NCBI RefSeq assembly: GCF_006345805.1
Contig: NC_043004.1
Location: forward strand, 84,506,001 to 84,570,000
Direction of reading: 5' to 3'
Source: Octopus sinensis
Taxonomy: Eukaryota
Length of the DNA: 64,000 nt
Positions 26,265 through 39,899 of the stretch are shown piece after piece. A program made the position numbers and the translations under genes. Numbering within the stretch: position 1 is the stretch's first letter; each line of letters begins with the position of its first letter. The notes under the pieces were generated by a model. The model ran no database searches and was not told the DNA's origin. It saw only the letters and a program-made list of their open reading frames with translations.

Positions 26265-26960
26265 CTACATATATTTCCTATTTAGTACTAGAGATGTTTC
26301 ATTTCCGAGGACGTACTCCTGTATTTGTTTGGGTGTTGGGTCCTTCGGGGTGCTTGGATAAAATGCGGATGCCAAGTTTACCCAGTATGCCTCCATGTTG
26401 GCATTTGACATGTTGGTAGAGTGCGGGTGACTGCTTTTTATCGTCATATTGTCTCAAATGTTTCATTTAGTCTCTCCGCAATTCTACTTGATGTCTCGGT
26501 TATGTATATCCTTGATTTTACAGGCAATCTCTATGCACCTTATGCTCTAGATCTCATTTCTAGTTCTATCGTTAATTCCAAGGTTAATCTTACATACCAT
26601 GCAGTTATCATTGGTGCATGTGGTTTACTCAAAGGGCTATATCCTACATAGTTGTATTCTGATGGATTTCCCTGGCTTTTCAACTACCTTAATGTTGGGT
26701 TTGATCTCCTTCAGAGCTTTCTTAATTCTTAGGTTAGTTCTCCATGTGCTGGGGCCTCCATAAACATCACGCCTTGATATTTTTCGAATTATTTATCGGA
26801 TTTGCACTGCATGTTCAGTCTGTTTGCTTTGTCACCAGGTCTTTGTATCATATTCCAGTCTTTACGTCTATATCTAGGGCAGGTACCACTAGTTTTATTA
26901 CATATAATGCTATCTAACTTGTTTCTATCTAGCTCCCCTTAAACCTGAATCCTATTTTTC
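26265..26960 (-). pseudogene. Frameshifted Penelope-like element relic: linker plus GIY-YIG endonuclease
   Basis: Stitched minus-strand frames: GTCPRYRRKDWNMIQR..KYQGVMFMEAPAHGELT..IKVVEKPGKSIRIQL..PF..TCTNDNCMVC..SIRCIEIAC..YITETSR..ALYQHVKCQHGG..QIQEYVL..LNRK. Confidence 0.75.
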
Positions 26961-27014
26961 TGATCATATCCAGAGAATTGCATGCGGTGCAGGACGATAT
27001 ATATATATACATAC

Positions 27015-27117
<103 letters not shown>

Positions 27118-27261
27118 TGTATATATATAATACAAAATGCGACGAGAACGCAAAACATCCAGACAGTTAGGTGATACACGTAAGCACATCAAAAAATCTA
27201 GATAGGCGATACAAAGAATACAAGGACGGGTTATTCGGAATTATCTTTCCTTCGTCTCGAT

Positions 27262-27361
27262 NNNNNNNNNNNNNNNNNNNNNNNNNNNNNNNNNNNNNNN
27301 NNNNNNNNNNNNNNNNNNNNNNNNNNNNNNNNNNNNNNNNNNNNNNNNNNNNNNNNNNNNN
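27262..27361. other. Assembly gap (100 N)
   Basis: Run of n. Confidence 1.
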
Positions 27362-27908
27362 ATGTAATGTGTATGTGTGTGTATATGTATAATAATATAT
27401 ATTTATATGTGTATGTGTATAGTATATCTATAATATATATATGTATATATATGTATGTATATAATGTGAATATGTATGTATATGTATATATATATATACA
27501 TGTATGTATTTGTATGTAGGTTGTATATGTATGTGTGTGTATTTATATTTATTGGTGTATATGTATAGACTAGCCTTCTAAGAGTGTAGACATGAATTGT
27601 AGGTACGCGTACGTAGTTGTATATACGTGAATGTATGTAGATGTATGTTTTATGAATATAACGCGTGCGTGCGTGTATGTGTATAAGTGTGCGAATAAGT
27701 AAGTGTACGTGCTAAAGAGTGTGCGTGAGTAAATGAGGGCTTGTTTTCCAGTAGACAGATAATGGACTGCTGTCATAGCCAAGATGTTTGTGACCAGCGA
27801 TGAAAGATAACAAAGTAATAAATGAAGATAATAAAATTAAAATTAGGGAATGGGTCTGTATTTGTAGTGTATATATATGTGTGTATGTGTAGGTATGCAT
27901 AGGTACAC

Positions 27909-27948
<40 letters not shown>

Positions 27949-28480
27949 ATGTATGTGTGGTGTATAGTGTGTGTATGTGTATATATGTGTATATAGGGAC
28001 TAGTGTGCTGTGTGTGCATATGTGTGTTGTGGATATGTGTGTGTATGCGTGTATGTGAGTATGTGTGTATACGTGTATGCATGTGAGTGTGTGTATGTGT
28101 GTATGTATACATATATGTGTATGTGTAGATATGTATATGTATGTGTAAAGTGTATATATATTATATAGTGTGTGTGTACTATGTGTGTATGTATATGTCT
28201 ATATGTTTGTATGTTTGTATATATATCATATGTGCATAGGTATAAGTGAGAATCTCCTTATTTACCTAAAACTCTATTCCCTTTTTTATATATATTTTAT
28301 ATATATTTTTTTATATATTTTTTAATTTTTTTATTTATTCTTCTATCTAACTTAACACTGACTCCTTGACCACTCCCCCAAGTATGATATTTTGCGCTAT
28401 GCCTACCCCCAAAATGTCCCCCACCAACACCCCTTTAAACCTGCCTAAATGTATAAATGCCAATACAATTCTTGTTAACT

Positions 28481-28531
28481 AGCTTCCTGAAGATTTCTCT
28501 TGAATGAAACAGTTCTAGTGCTGTAGAAGCT
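28481..28531 (+). ncRNA. Type I hammerhead motif with a full hairpin helix III
   Basis: AGCTTC-CTGAAGA-TTTC(TCTT)GAAT-GAA-ACAG(TTCTAGTG)CTGT-A-GAAGCT; 6-bp stem I, 4-bp stem III, GUA triplet; first stem II pair is U-U. Confidence 0.75.
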
Positions 28532-28569
28532 CCTTCTATATAATAAATATATATATATATATATATATT

Positions 28570-28856
28570 ATCACGTGATCACGTGACTGACCAGACCATC
28601 AGATGTTGCTACAAATCGCTGGTCACAATGCGTTCGCATTGTTTTAGCCTTCGAATGACGCCACCTCGCTGGCTAACCGAGCAGGCCAACAGAAGAAATA
28701 GTGAGATAAAGAGTGGTGAAAGAGTACAGCAGGGATCACCACCCCCTGCCGGAGCATCGTGGGTCTTTTAGGTGTTTTCGCTCAATAAACACACACGACG
28801 CCCGGTCTGGGAATCGAAATCGCGAGTCCGCTGCCCTAACCACTGGGCCATTGCGT
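28570..28856 (-). mobile_element. tRNA-head SINE, family E
   Basis: Minus strand begins CGCAATGGCCCAGTGGTTAGGGCAGCG (A box) ... TTCGATTCCC (B box); tail ...TCACGTGATCACGTGAT. Confidence 0.75.
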
Positions 28857-28872
28857 CTCTCTCTCTCTGTCT

Positions 28873-28921
<49 letters not shown>

Positions 28922-28994
28922 ATATATACATATGTATATATGTTCATATATAAGATTATACATCGTATATATAGATATATATATGTATATATTA

Positions 28995-29050
<56 letters not shown>

Positions 29051-30194
29051 ACTCGTAATGGTTGATTAAATCTGAGATTCCTTATCAGTTAGACACGTTC
29101 AGGATATATAAATGTTTGTGGTTCGGGCAGTTGTATAAACATACATAGTCGTATGTATACATATAGATTTGCAGCTGTGGTATATCACTATATGTCTGCA
29201 CGCCGACTCTATTGTGGAATATCACGATTTTCAACTGTCGGTGAGATCAAAAGCTTGTTACTGACTTTTTGGGGGAGATCACTACTTCTTTAATACACTC
29301 ATACACATTTATGTATGTATGTATGTATGTATGTACGTGTGCACTCATTGTTTAAATGTGTCATCGATATATTATGAATGATATTATTATCGTTGCATGA
29401 ACTGTAAACTTGTTTGGTTCCTACGAAAATATTTCTTTGTTTAGTTCTACTATGCTGAAGAAAACCTATTAGTGGAACTTCTGCTTGTTGTATACCTTTG
29501 AATGTTTCTTCAGCATATGGAAGCATTCACATATCCATGGAAACTTACTTCGGAAATTTAGTTACACCTCTTATAATGTTATTGTTGTATCGATTTTATT
29601 TTACGTACAAAAATTAGACGATGTTTGTCGAGGGAAAAACAGTATTATCGTTCATTGAATATTTATCTTATTAAATTACCATAAAATAGATTTATTTTGC
29701 ATTTTTGCATTGGCTTTGTCTTTGTATGCTTGGTATATTGACAAAAATCATTAAAATTGAATTTTACAAATCTCAGTTTTGAGAGATTCCAGCGGTGACC
29801 CTCCAGATGTTTTGATTGTGATTTTCTTTATTACTTAAAATTTAATTTTTTGTATTTGACTCATTTGAAAGTGTCTATGCTGGCTTTCCAAGAAGAATCC
29901 TTTTTGGTTGATAAAACATTCTCTGACTGCATAGGTCTGAGCGAAATATTTATCACATTCATGTCTCTTTTGCTGAAACATAAATATTTTTAACTATATC
30001 TAAATATATCCAAAGCAATTATCAAACTGCAAGAGGCAAATGAAAGGACTCACGCGAACATACAAACCTACATGTGTATTATATACATATGTGTGTGTGT
30101 AGACAAATATGCACACAAATATGTAGAGACACATACATACACATGTATATACTGTATTAACATAATAATACTCTTTTCTTATATACACACAAAG

Positions 30195-30687
30195 CCTGGA
30201 TTTTTGTGGGGAGGGGAAGAACGGGTCACATGGGCTACAGCAAATATTCTGCTCAATATCACAACTTTGCTTGTCATTTGCTGCACTTAGCCACTTGAGC
30301 ATGTCCCTTAGTGACTGACGATATGTGCAACTCTGATCACGAGCAGAAGTAGTGGGGGAGCATCATAGCCATGTGTTGAGAGGAATGTTTTCGGTTTGGA
30401 CATTTCGCCTTTGGAATCATGGGAATTTTGTTCATCATCCTTAGACAATCCTCCTTTAGGGACCTTTTGAGCGGGTTCGGTTACTTGACCAGAAGAAAAT
30501 TCTAACTGGGCACTATCTACAATGTCATGCGCTGTTTATCTTGATATGAGATCACTATATTGCGCACATATAATTGTGATGCATGTATCTGGTGTACCCC
30601 TATCAGATGGGTGGTCATGGTGGGTGTACTGGACTTCGTATATTTTACCCCAGTGTCACTTTAATGACATGCACTGCTGTCTCACAC

Positions 30688-30765
<78 letters not shown>

Positions 30766-30775
30766 TATAATAATG
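30195..30775 (+). mobile_element. Interspersed repeat family D ending in an (AAT)n tail
   Basis: GAGCATGTCCCTTAGTGACTGACGATATGTGCA..GAGCAGAAGTAGTG shared with 33780-33927; (AAT)n from 30688. Confidence 0.7.
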
Positions 30776-31556
30776 ATGATGATGATGATGATGATGATGA
30801 CGACGACGACGATGATGACGATGATGATGATGAAAATAAAGATACAGATAGACAAATAACTAGTATTATGCCAGATGTATCATTTATATACAAAGTGAGG
30901 GCCGAAATTAATGTAAAATTAGCTTATATCGCAATATTTCAAGAAAAGTTTGTTCGGGAATGCTCATGGTGACTGTTATAATTGTTGGATGTAAGTTAAT
31001 TTACTGATAGGAAAATATAATCATTAAAATACTGGATCCTAACTGCTCCCAGGCAACTGAAATAAGTGTGCATTTATTTTTGTAACAGCTATAAGGGATT
31101 TCGTGCACATGTCTTTCTCATGCAGATTTGAATTTAATTTACACTGAACTGCCTTATACTAATATCAATTATTAATATACATACCCACCTTAAAATTGCC
31201 CGGAAAAATGACATCATATGCATGTATCCAAAATAATTATGCCATTCTTGAACCGACATTGTTTTTACTTTTTGTTCAAGCTCCTGAAATATTCTTTTCT
31301 ATAATCATGATATGATGCCTCTTTATGTGTCAGTTTCTTCATTTAATTTTTTAAACGGTTCTATTAAAACACTGCCCATAGCCAATTCTTGTTTAGGCAG
31401 TTACAAAATTCCGTCATTTTTAATTGCAGATTTCGAAAGTTAGCATTAACTGTATGTACAGTTTTTCTCACGTCACAGACTTAATATAGCCGAATTATGT
31501 ATACATATACATGTAGTGTGTGTGTGTGTGCGCGCGCACGTGTGTTCGTGCTTGTC

Positions 31557-31603
<47 letters not shown>

Positions 31604-31611
31604 TTCAAAAT

Positions 31612-31814
31612 AAACTACATGTGGATTGTTGACGATTTTCCCCGTCATCCTTTTCTCTTGGACTTTCCTCTGTCTCCCGATTCTGAAGAAGAGCTTTACT
31701 CGAAACGTAAAACAATCTTTCTTTGCTTCCCTGAGCGTCTTTTGATAATGTGCCTGTACCAAATGCTCGTGTTGTTTGCTTCTTCTGTTTCTTTCGTTTA
31801 ATTTTTGGAGTAAT

Positions 31815-31817
<3 letters not shown>
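31612..31817 (+). mobile_element. Pseudo-LTR-like repeat between (TA)n tracts with hammerhead at 31679-31713
   Basis: GATT-CTGAAGA-A-GAG(CTTTA)CTC-GAAA-CG-TA-AAAC; palindromic ACGT helix III, GUA triplet. Confidence 0.7.
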
Positions 31818-31886
<69 letters not shown>

Positions 31887-32075
31887 CATCTGTCACCAAA
31901 GCTTCAGCCCTTACATATTTTCATGTTTCCAGGACAGCAGTGAATACGTCTAAAAGTATTACTATGCCTTGCACGTTAAAATGTTTCCACCAGTTTGTTT
32001 GCAATTCATTTCTTATTTGTTTTCTACTGTTACTTATTGTGTGATTAGGTAGGTGAACTATACTTTGAGAAATTA

Positions 32076-32116
32076 TCCCCTGAGGAGTGTCCAAATAACC
32101 ACAAAACGTGTTGAGA
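32076..32116 (+). ncRNA. CpG-decayed hammerhead motif
   Basis: TCCC-CTGAGGA-GTG(..)CAC-AAAA-CGTG-TT-GAGA; reverting two CpG transitions gives CAC-GAAA-CGCG. Confidence 0.45.
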
Positions 32117-32584
32117 CACTCATCTTCAGTTCTATGTGACGGAAATGAGTTACAATTTCTGTTTACATAATATAAAATTTGCCTTCATATACTTTAACAC
32201 TGCAGTATAAATATTTTAAGTATGTTTTAAATAAAATTATGTGTCATGTTCCTGTGTTATGTGGAAAGAAACAACACATTTAAATAATGTGATATAAGTA
32301 TTTTATTGTATATTTTCTTACTACCAAATATCTTTCAAAGGCAGCATATGTTTAAAGTTTTATTTATTTTATCATTGTTTAAAATTATTAAATTTATAAT
32401 CACAAATGTATTTGATATTTTAGTCTATAATGTTTGCATATCATTCTTCTTGATCAGAAACACCTGTTAGTATTACACTATTTGCTGGTTAAATATTTTA
32501 TTAAAATTCACTTATGATCAGTCAACATCAGTAACGATACAAAGGAAAAAAGTTATTAGTGATTTCTTTGTTTTAAATATATTT

Positions 32585-32625
<41 letters not shown>

Positions 32626-33779
32626 AAATTTGCAAAGAGATGAAACTGTTGAAAATTTGTTTTGTATTCATCAGCAGCATAGTATAATGTCTGAAAATAA
32701 TGTATTTATGTGATGTATGCAACAGAAATAGTAATTATATATGATGTTAATGTAAATAAAATGGTTGGGCATAAAATATTTAGCTGTCAAGTTATTGCAG
32801 CTCGAATTCCAGTGTGCGGGATCAGATTCTGCTATTTCTGATGACAGATTTGACAGACTTCTTTTTTTACGAGTTCTTTCAAATATTTCGTTCTTGTTCT
32901 GATCAACCGCAGTTAGATGCTGTATACTATTTTGATAAATACTGGGATAATTTTTATGTACAGGCATTTTTCTTTAAAATGTGAATAACACATTTCATAC
33001 GTTGAAAATATTTACCTATTATTTATGTATAGTATATTTTCTGACTAATATTAGAGGTACGATTTGTCTTACATATCTGTCTATCTATCTATCAATCTAT
33101 CTATCTATCTATCTGTTGATGTCTCCATTCATCTGTCTATCTATCTGTCTATATGTATATCTATCTACCTATCCCTCTCTCTCTCTCTCCCTATCTATCT
33201 ATCTCTTAGATTAGGAAATTGTTTCGTTGTTGTGACCTCATTTGTCATTCCATATCCTAAAATTCCTAGCCCGATAGATGAGGGTACATGCGTTGACACA
33301 CCAATTCCAAAGTACAAAGTAGGTTACAACTTTCGACGGTCAACCTAAACTTCAACTCATACAGATCTTCAACTGGACGGAATGTTCATCTGAGAGGTCA
33401 CAAATGGCATGTCAGAAATACTACTGACAATGAGTCGGCACAAGGAGACAGTTGCCATGTGTGAAGTCATAGCCACCATCTTGTAGGCATCCAGTTATTA
33501 ACATTCTAATAACTGACGTGTACACAAACTTTGGAAATGAATTTTTCAAAGGTGAAACATTGGGTTATTATTGTCTAAACCGAATTATGTGAATATGAAA
33601 TAAATTTCAAAGTATATAAACATACGTAAATACATAGACATCTGTGTGCCTATAAACATTCGCACCTACATATATACATTTCTTTCGGTTCCCTTGCATT
33701 CACGTAGAAGACAACATACCGTGAAGCGTTCCCAACATAAATGAGAGGAACATAGTATGTGTTGAAAGAAAGAAAACCA

Positions 33780-33927
33780 CCCAAACCGATCACATGGTCT
33801 ACAGAAAATATTCTGCTCAAAATCACAAATTTGCTTGTCAGTTGCTTGACTTAGCCACTTGAGCATGTCCCTTAGTGACTGACGATATGTGCATCTCTGA
33901 CGACGAGCAGAAGTAGTGAGGGAGCAT
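33780..33927 (+). mobile_element. Truncated copy of repeat family D
   Basis: Collinear with 30220-30365. Confidence 0.7.
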
Positions 33928-34023
33928 CGTCTATATCCTAGTGTCAATTCCTATATTTCCCTTTCTAAAAGCTTTGTCGTCTATATCCTAGTGTCAATTC
34001 CTGTATTTCCCTTTCTAAAAGCT
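33927..34023. repeat. 50-bp tandem duplication (two copies)
   Basis: TCGTCTATATCCTAGTGTCAATTCCTRTATTTCCCTTTCTAAAAGCT at 33927 and 33977. Confidence 0.9.
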
Positions 34024-34223
34024 CTTTCGAGCTGAGTTCGAAATCGCAATTAGCTGCTATTCCCCGAATACTAATAAAAATTCGTAGTCAAAGTGGTATT
34101 CTGTCTTGTAATCACTAATACTGATGATCAGATGTGTGAAATGAACTATTACTAACTGCTAGACACATTGTTATTTGTAGTTATGTTAAGTATCATTGTA
34201 AGTCCTCACTTCCCTTCAGCCCA

Positions 34224-34348
<125 letters not shown>

Positions 34349-36291
34349 CGTGTGTGTGTGTTTGTGTGTGTCTGTATGTCTGTGTGTAAGTGTATGTGGG
34401 GGTGGGGGTTGTGTATTCCAATATTTTGTGTGTGGAAGTTCTGTTTTCAGTGTGGTGAAAACTTCTTTGTACATTCACTACAATTATATCTTCGTTCAAA
34501 CATTCTATTATTATGAATGTTTGAAATATTGTTCGGAGAATTACATCGAAAGTCTGCATGCTTTTCTTCATAATTTTGGAAATATCTGTTGAAATGCTAT
34601 GAATTATGTGCATATATTTTATACATCAATTACAGCTCTTCAGCGAAAAGTAAAGTAGAAAATGCAAAAATTTAGAAAACCAATTTAAAGAAACATTTAT
34701 AACATAATATACGTACTCATACATTTTGTTCTCTCTTTCTATCTCCCTCCCTCACTCCCCCACTCACTCATTCTTTCTATCTCTCTCTCTTTCTCTCTCA
34801 CTGTCCTTCTCCAATATTTCTCTCTCTCTCTCTCCTCTCTTTTAATTTCTCTTTACCATTCCGAACAAAACTTTTTATATGCAGCATCTTTGTGTTTCCT
34901 CATTGATTACAGACATATAGCGTATGTTATATATTACTTTCGAGAATTATAGTTTATATGTTCCGTTGATGTGAATATCAATTAAATTCTCATCTTAGTA
35001 GAGCCACAGATTAGCAGGATATTTTGTTTGGTATAAATGACAATTGAAGCTCATTTTTCTTTCTTAAAAGCCAATATGAACACATTTATATGCGCTTACT
35101 AATCTCACCAGTATCAATGTAAACGTGTGAATGAAATAAAATACAAAAGTAAAAGTTTTATTTAAATATATAAACATAGCTTATTTATTTAGCTAAAAGA
35201 AAATTCTTGCTGCTAATGTATGGAATTTGTTTATAATGTATATCTAATGTCTGAAATATGGAATTATATCTTCTGAATATTCCCAGCTGCACACAAATGT
35301 ATCATAATTTCATGACATAAATACAGCATTTGGTTTTTAACGGAACGAATTAAGTAATACAGACTTTAACAAAATTAAATGGCAGCGCTTTAAAAGATAA
35401 ATTTAGAGAGAATATGACCCAAACGACTTTTGAAACATAATGAACCAAATATATGAAATTAATAAAAAAAGGTTGCATATTCAAGTCTGTTCTCAGAATT
35501 ATGAATATTAAATTGATGTGGATAATTGAGTATTTGAATAAGGATTGCTGTCGAAAATGAAGCCCATTTCCACAATTCAATAAGAACAGGTCATGCTTTT
35601 TGTTTCAAATAGGCAGTAGTGTCTGGTTGTTTGAGAAAATTGATGAAATTTGAAGGTTTTCATAACATTTCCTATAATGATTACTATGTATGTAATCATA
35701 ACATTGTATGAAACCGAAGCGATTAAAATATACAAAAATAATATATTTTGATAATTTTCCTCTAGCTTACACCATAAGTGCAACTTACAACATAAGTTCA
35801 ATTTTCAAATCATATCTATAATTTCTAATTATTCTTTACTTATTTCCTATTTGTGTTTAACTTAACGTATATTTCTCTCTCACATGTACTCAAGTGCATA
35901 ATTTAAGCTACCTTTCCCTATAATAGAACTATTTACTTTCCAGCAGGCACGTTAGAGCTTCAAACATTCTATGCTAATTTCCTAAGCGGTAGACATATAT
36001 CACACGTGAACTTTCAGATACACCGGTGCGGAATACACAGTGTATTATCTAATGCGTGAATGTTTATATAAAGCACAAGAAAAAAAAAACAGAATGAGGC
36101 AAGTTCGTTAAATTTTACATCTAGCTCTCTTTCAGCCGTTCAGAAACGAAAAGAAAGGGAAATGGATATACAGTAATGTAAAGTTTTGTTTGCATACTGA
36201 TCTTCGTTTATCGATCAAAACAGTTTATCCAAGACTTTATCTCCCATCTGAGGATTGCAAGCATGTGTTTTTATGCATGCATATATGTGCG

Positions 36292-36372
36292 TGTGTGGTT
36301 GAGCGTATCTAAGTATATTGTGTGGTTGAGCGTATCTAAGTATATTGTGTGGTTGAGCGTATCTAAGTATAT
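36292..36372. repeat. 27-bp minisatellite, three perfect copies
   Basis: TGTGTGGTTGAGCGTATCTAAGTATAT x3. Confidence 0.95.
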
Positions 36373-36394
36373 ATATGCGGAGACCACCCACGAA

Positions 36395-36710
36395 TGACCA
36401 TGGGATTGCACCTAGAAGGTTACCGTCAAAGGTACAAGTCCGGGCAAGGTTACTCATGGAAAGACCAGCTGTCACCCATGCATACCAGCCTCCCCGCTCC
36501 ACGCCACCAGTGTTATCCAAGGGAAATGCAACAGCCGATAGAGCTTGGCATCAGTGACGCCGCAACTCATTTCTACAGCTGAGTGAACTGAAGCAACGTT
36601 AAATAAAGTGTCTTGCTGAAGAACACAACATGAGGCACGGTCCGGGATTCGAACCCACAACCTCACAGTCGTAAGATCGACGCTCTAAGCACTGAGCCAC
36701 GCGCCTTTAC
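36395..36710 (-). mobile_element. tRNA-head SINE (family C-related)
   Basis: Minus strand GGCGCGTGGCTCAGTGCTTAGAGCG (A box) ... GGTTCGAATCCC (B box) ... CAGCAAGACACTTTATTT. Confidence 0.75.
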
Positions 36711-36714
36711 CATA

Positions 36715-36756
<42 letters not shown>

Positions 36757-36959
36757 AGGAAGCGTAAGTCAATTATATTCGCTGTAGTACTCAACTGGGA
36801 CTTACTTTAACATTCTCCAGAAAGATGAAAGAAATGTCAACCTCACAGAATTTGAATTGAGATCGTAAAGATGGACGAAATGAAGCTATGCCTCTCGCGC
36901 GGACTGTTGACGATTGTGCCAACTCAGGGCATTCATACCCAGGCGATTTCAATATTACG

Positions 36960-37290
36960 TAAATCAACAGTGATGGAAAGAGTGCGATCGCGAATGCAGG
37001 TAGCCAGAATTGGGACCATTCGCTGTATCACTTGTATAACACTACGCGGCAAAGTGCTTAGCTCGGAGATCAGGTAATCTCTGCACGGCGAGACACATTT
37101 TCTTCCCATTGAGATATTACAGCTTCGGCAATGCGAAGAGGAGTCAAACATCAGGGAGTTAAACTAATGGCAAATTATGAACGACATGAATAATACTCAT
37201 ATACGCACACGGTTCATGCTTAGGAAGAGCCCACGCATGTTATATCTCAAAGACTTGAGGCCTCTACTCTCTCGTGATTCCAACGAATAC
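36960..37290 (+). mobile_element. RTE-clade LINE relic (post-RT region)
   Basis: RSRMQVARIGTIRCIT.ITLRGKVLSSEIR*SL..E...IEILQLR resembles RTE RSRIQAAEM.FLR...DRVRSSEIRESL.VEP...IER.QLRW. Confidence 0.6.
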
Positions 37291-37824
37291 TGGATGAAAT
37301 ATAACAGATACTAGCTATTCAAAACATAATTGTAATCATTTTCTCAAAATACGAGCAGATTTTTAAAACAACATAGATAACACTGCAAATTTACCTAGAA
37401 TAACACTGGATGGCGTTATTATGATAATTGTAATGACTTTCAGTAGGAGCTTTTGTGATTCCTAAAGTAGTATTGCGAATTGAAACGTGATATATAATTG
37501 ACTTGTAAAATACAATCGTAAACCGATTAACAAAGTGTAAAATGAATAAAAATGTACACAAAAGCATGAATGAAATTTTCATATCACAAATTTATCTTAG
37601 TGACAATGGGTCAATTACATCACAGTGGGATAAATCATTTTTAAATATAATCTACATATACATCTCTGTATCGCTCTGTCCCAGACACCACCGTTCCTCG
37701 CCGCTACGTCACTCTCTCATTCCTTTTCCTTTCTCTCACCAAGAACACACGCGCACAAGCACACACACTCACATGTATATATGTATATATATACATATAT
37801 ATATATACACACGCTGGCACACAC

Positions 37825-37888
<64 letters not shown>

Positions 37889-38470
37889 CATATTTATACA
37901 TACACATATGTGTATATGGATAAATATACAGATGCATACATATATACACACATACATACAGAGAGCTAGATAGTTAGATTAATTGATAGATACAAGAATG
38001 ATACAATTTAAAAAAACAGCATGAATAACACAAACAAACATCCGAGATAACAAAATTTATGTCCACATTTATATGTTTTATCACTTAACTGAATGGAGCC
38101 ACCATTTAACTCAACACCGATAAAATCAGGTTTTTCCCTTTTCGATCTCAATTTCCCTTGTATCATATACATAAATAAATAAATACTAACTTAATCATTG
38201 AAAACATCTGATGAGATACAATTGTGTCTTTTGTCGTTTAGAAAGTATTGAGAGATGTTTATATTTTTATGTTTATCTGAATACCTTATCCATCATTTAA
38301 TCCACTATTTCAGGTTGGTTATCAATGTTTACGGAATTGTAAATATCTACAGACCCAAGTGTATACATACACAATATATTCGTTTCGTTATATGCAGCGA
38401 AGACATTATTAGATTAAAATCATACATATTTCGCTAATATATATATATATATGTGTGTGTGCGTGTGTAC

Positions 38471-38522
<52 letters not shown>

Positions 38523-38525
<3 letters not shown>

Positions 38526-38630
38526 CGCAGGAGTGGCACCTTGGGCAAGTGTCTTCTACTATAGCCTCTAGCCAACCAAAGCTTTATGAGTGGATTTGGT
38601 AGACGGAAACACTGAAAGAAGCCCGTCGTA
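38523..38630 (+). mobile_element. Family A SINE 5' half with the A/B-box region deleted
   Basis: GGCGCAGGAGTGGC joined directly to ACCTTGGGCAAGTGTC. Confidence 0.8.
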
Positions 38631-38698
<68 letters not shown>

Positions 38699-39011
38699 TG
38701 GAAATACGTCTATGTCTACACTGTGCCATTTCGATGTTTTCCATTGAAAAATAAAGTCAGGTCTCCTCGAATTTCATATTTTTGCACGACTAAGAAATTA
38801 ATACAATACTTACAAATTAAAAAATAGGAACCTAATGTTATAGAAATGAATATCAGGTTATAAATATTGGTATCATGTTATAAATATTGGAGAAGAAACA
38901 AGATTAATAGTGTATTTTTCCATTCCTTACATTGACTTTGAATTTCATATTTTGCATGAACAAATAATGTTTAGAAATTAGAAAAATACATAACGTTAGA
39001 ATAATCCAATG

Positions 39012-39046
<35 letters not shown>

Positions 39047-39047
<1 letters not shown>

Positions 39048-39235
39048 CGGGAAAGTTTACGAAAATAAAAGACGAAGGCAAGTGGAGTACAGACAAACAA
39101 ATGTATTAGTATAGCGCTCAGGAATAGAAATAGAAAAAGTCTTTTACGCTTCGAGCTTACGCTCTTCGACAGAAAGATACACAGAAAAAAACAAGGAGAG
39201 AAAAAATGCGTGTAGGACCTAACGATCTATCATGT
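39047..39235 (-). mobile_element. Pseudo-LTR-like repeat with hammerhead variant (CUGUCGA core) at 39140-39177
   Basis: Minus strand TCTTT-CTGTCGA-A-GAGC(GTAA)GCTC-GAAG-CG-TA-AAAGA; homologous to 16484-16660. Confidence 0.7.
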
Positions 39236-39359
39236 GTGTGTGTGTCTTTGTGTATGTGTGTGTGTATACCTGAATATGTATAGAGTTCACTCGTACAAGG
39301 GAAATTTAGACGCGTATATTGACATAATTTCAAAATTTCTCCTATAGACGCTCGAGTGT

Positions 39360-39555
39360 ATGTGTGGAAAAATGCTTGCTTACAAACCACATGGTTCTAG
39401 GTTCAGTTCCACTGCGTGGCATCTTCGGCATTTGTATTCCACTATAGCCTCGGGCCGACTAAATGCTTGTAAGTGGATTTGGTAGGCGGAAACTGAAAGA
39501 AGCCCGTCGAATATATATATATATAAATATCAATATATATATGTATATATATATA

Positions 39556-39586
<31 letters not shown>

Positions 39587-39858
39587 CATATGTACATAAG
39601 TGTGTATGTGTGCGTGTCTGTGTGCGCGTGTGTATGCGTATGTGTGCCTCTGTGTGTATCTGTGTTTGTCCCCACCAACATCTATTGACAACCGATGCTG
39701 GTATGTTTACGTCCCCGTAACTTACCGGTTCGATAAAAGAGAGCGGTACACTAAGTACTAGGCTTACAACGAATAAGTCCTGCTTTCGATTTGCTCGACT
39801 AAAGGTGGTGCTCCAGCATGGCCGAAGTTAAATGACTGAACAAATAAAAGAATAAAAT
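39360..39858 (+). mobile_element. tRNA-head SINE, family A
   Basis: Collinear with 10153-10567. Confidence 0.85.
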
Positions 39859-39899
39859 AATAAATACCTATATTTGCAAGCAAAATCTGTGAAGAAGTT

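Noticed and set aside
28820-28856. tRNA-like A/B boxes here and at other SINE heads
   Set aside because: No cloverleaf, and they continue into SINE bodies; not tRNA genes
34121-34146. CTGATGA...GAAA
   Set aside because: No stem II or stem I pairing
36292-36372. CRISPR-like 27-bp repeats
   Set aside because: No spacers, no cas genes, eukaryotic context
38208-38250. CTGATGA followed by a GATAC/GTGTC hairpin
   Set aside because: No GAAA after the stem and no stem I; incomplete hammerhead
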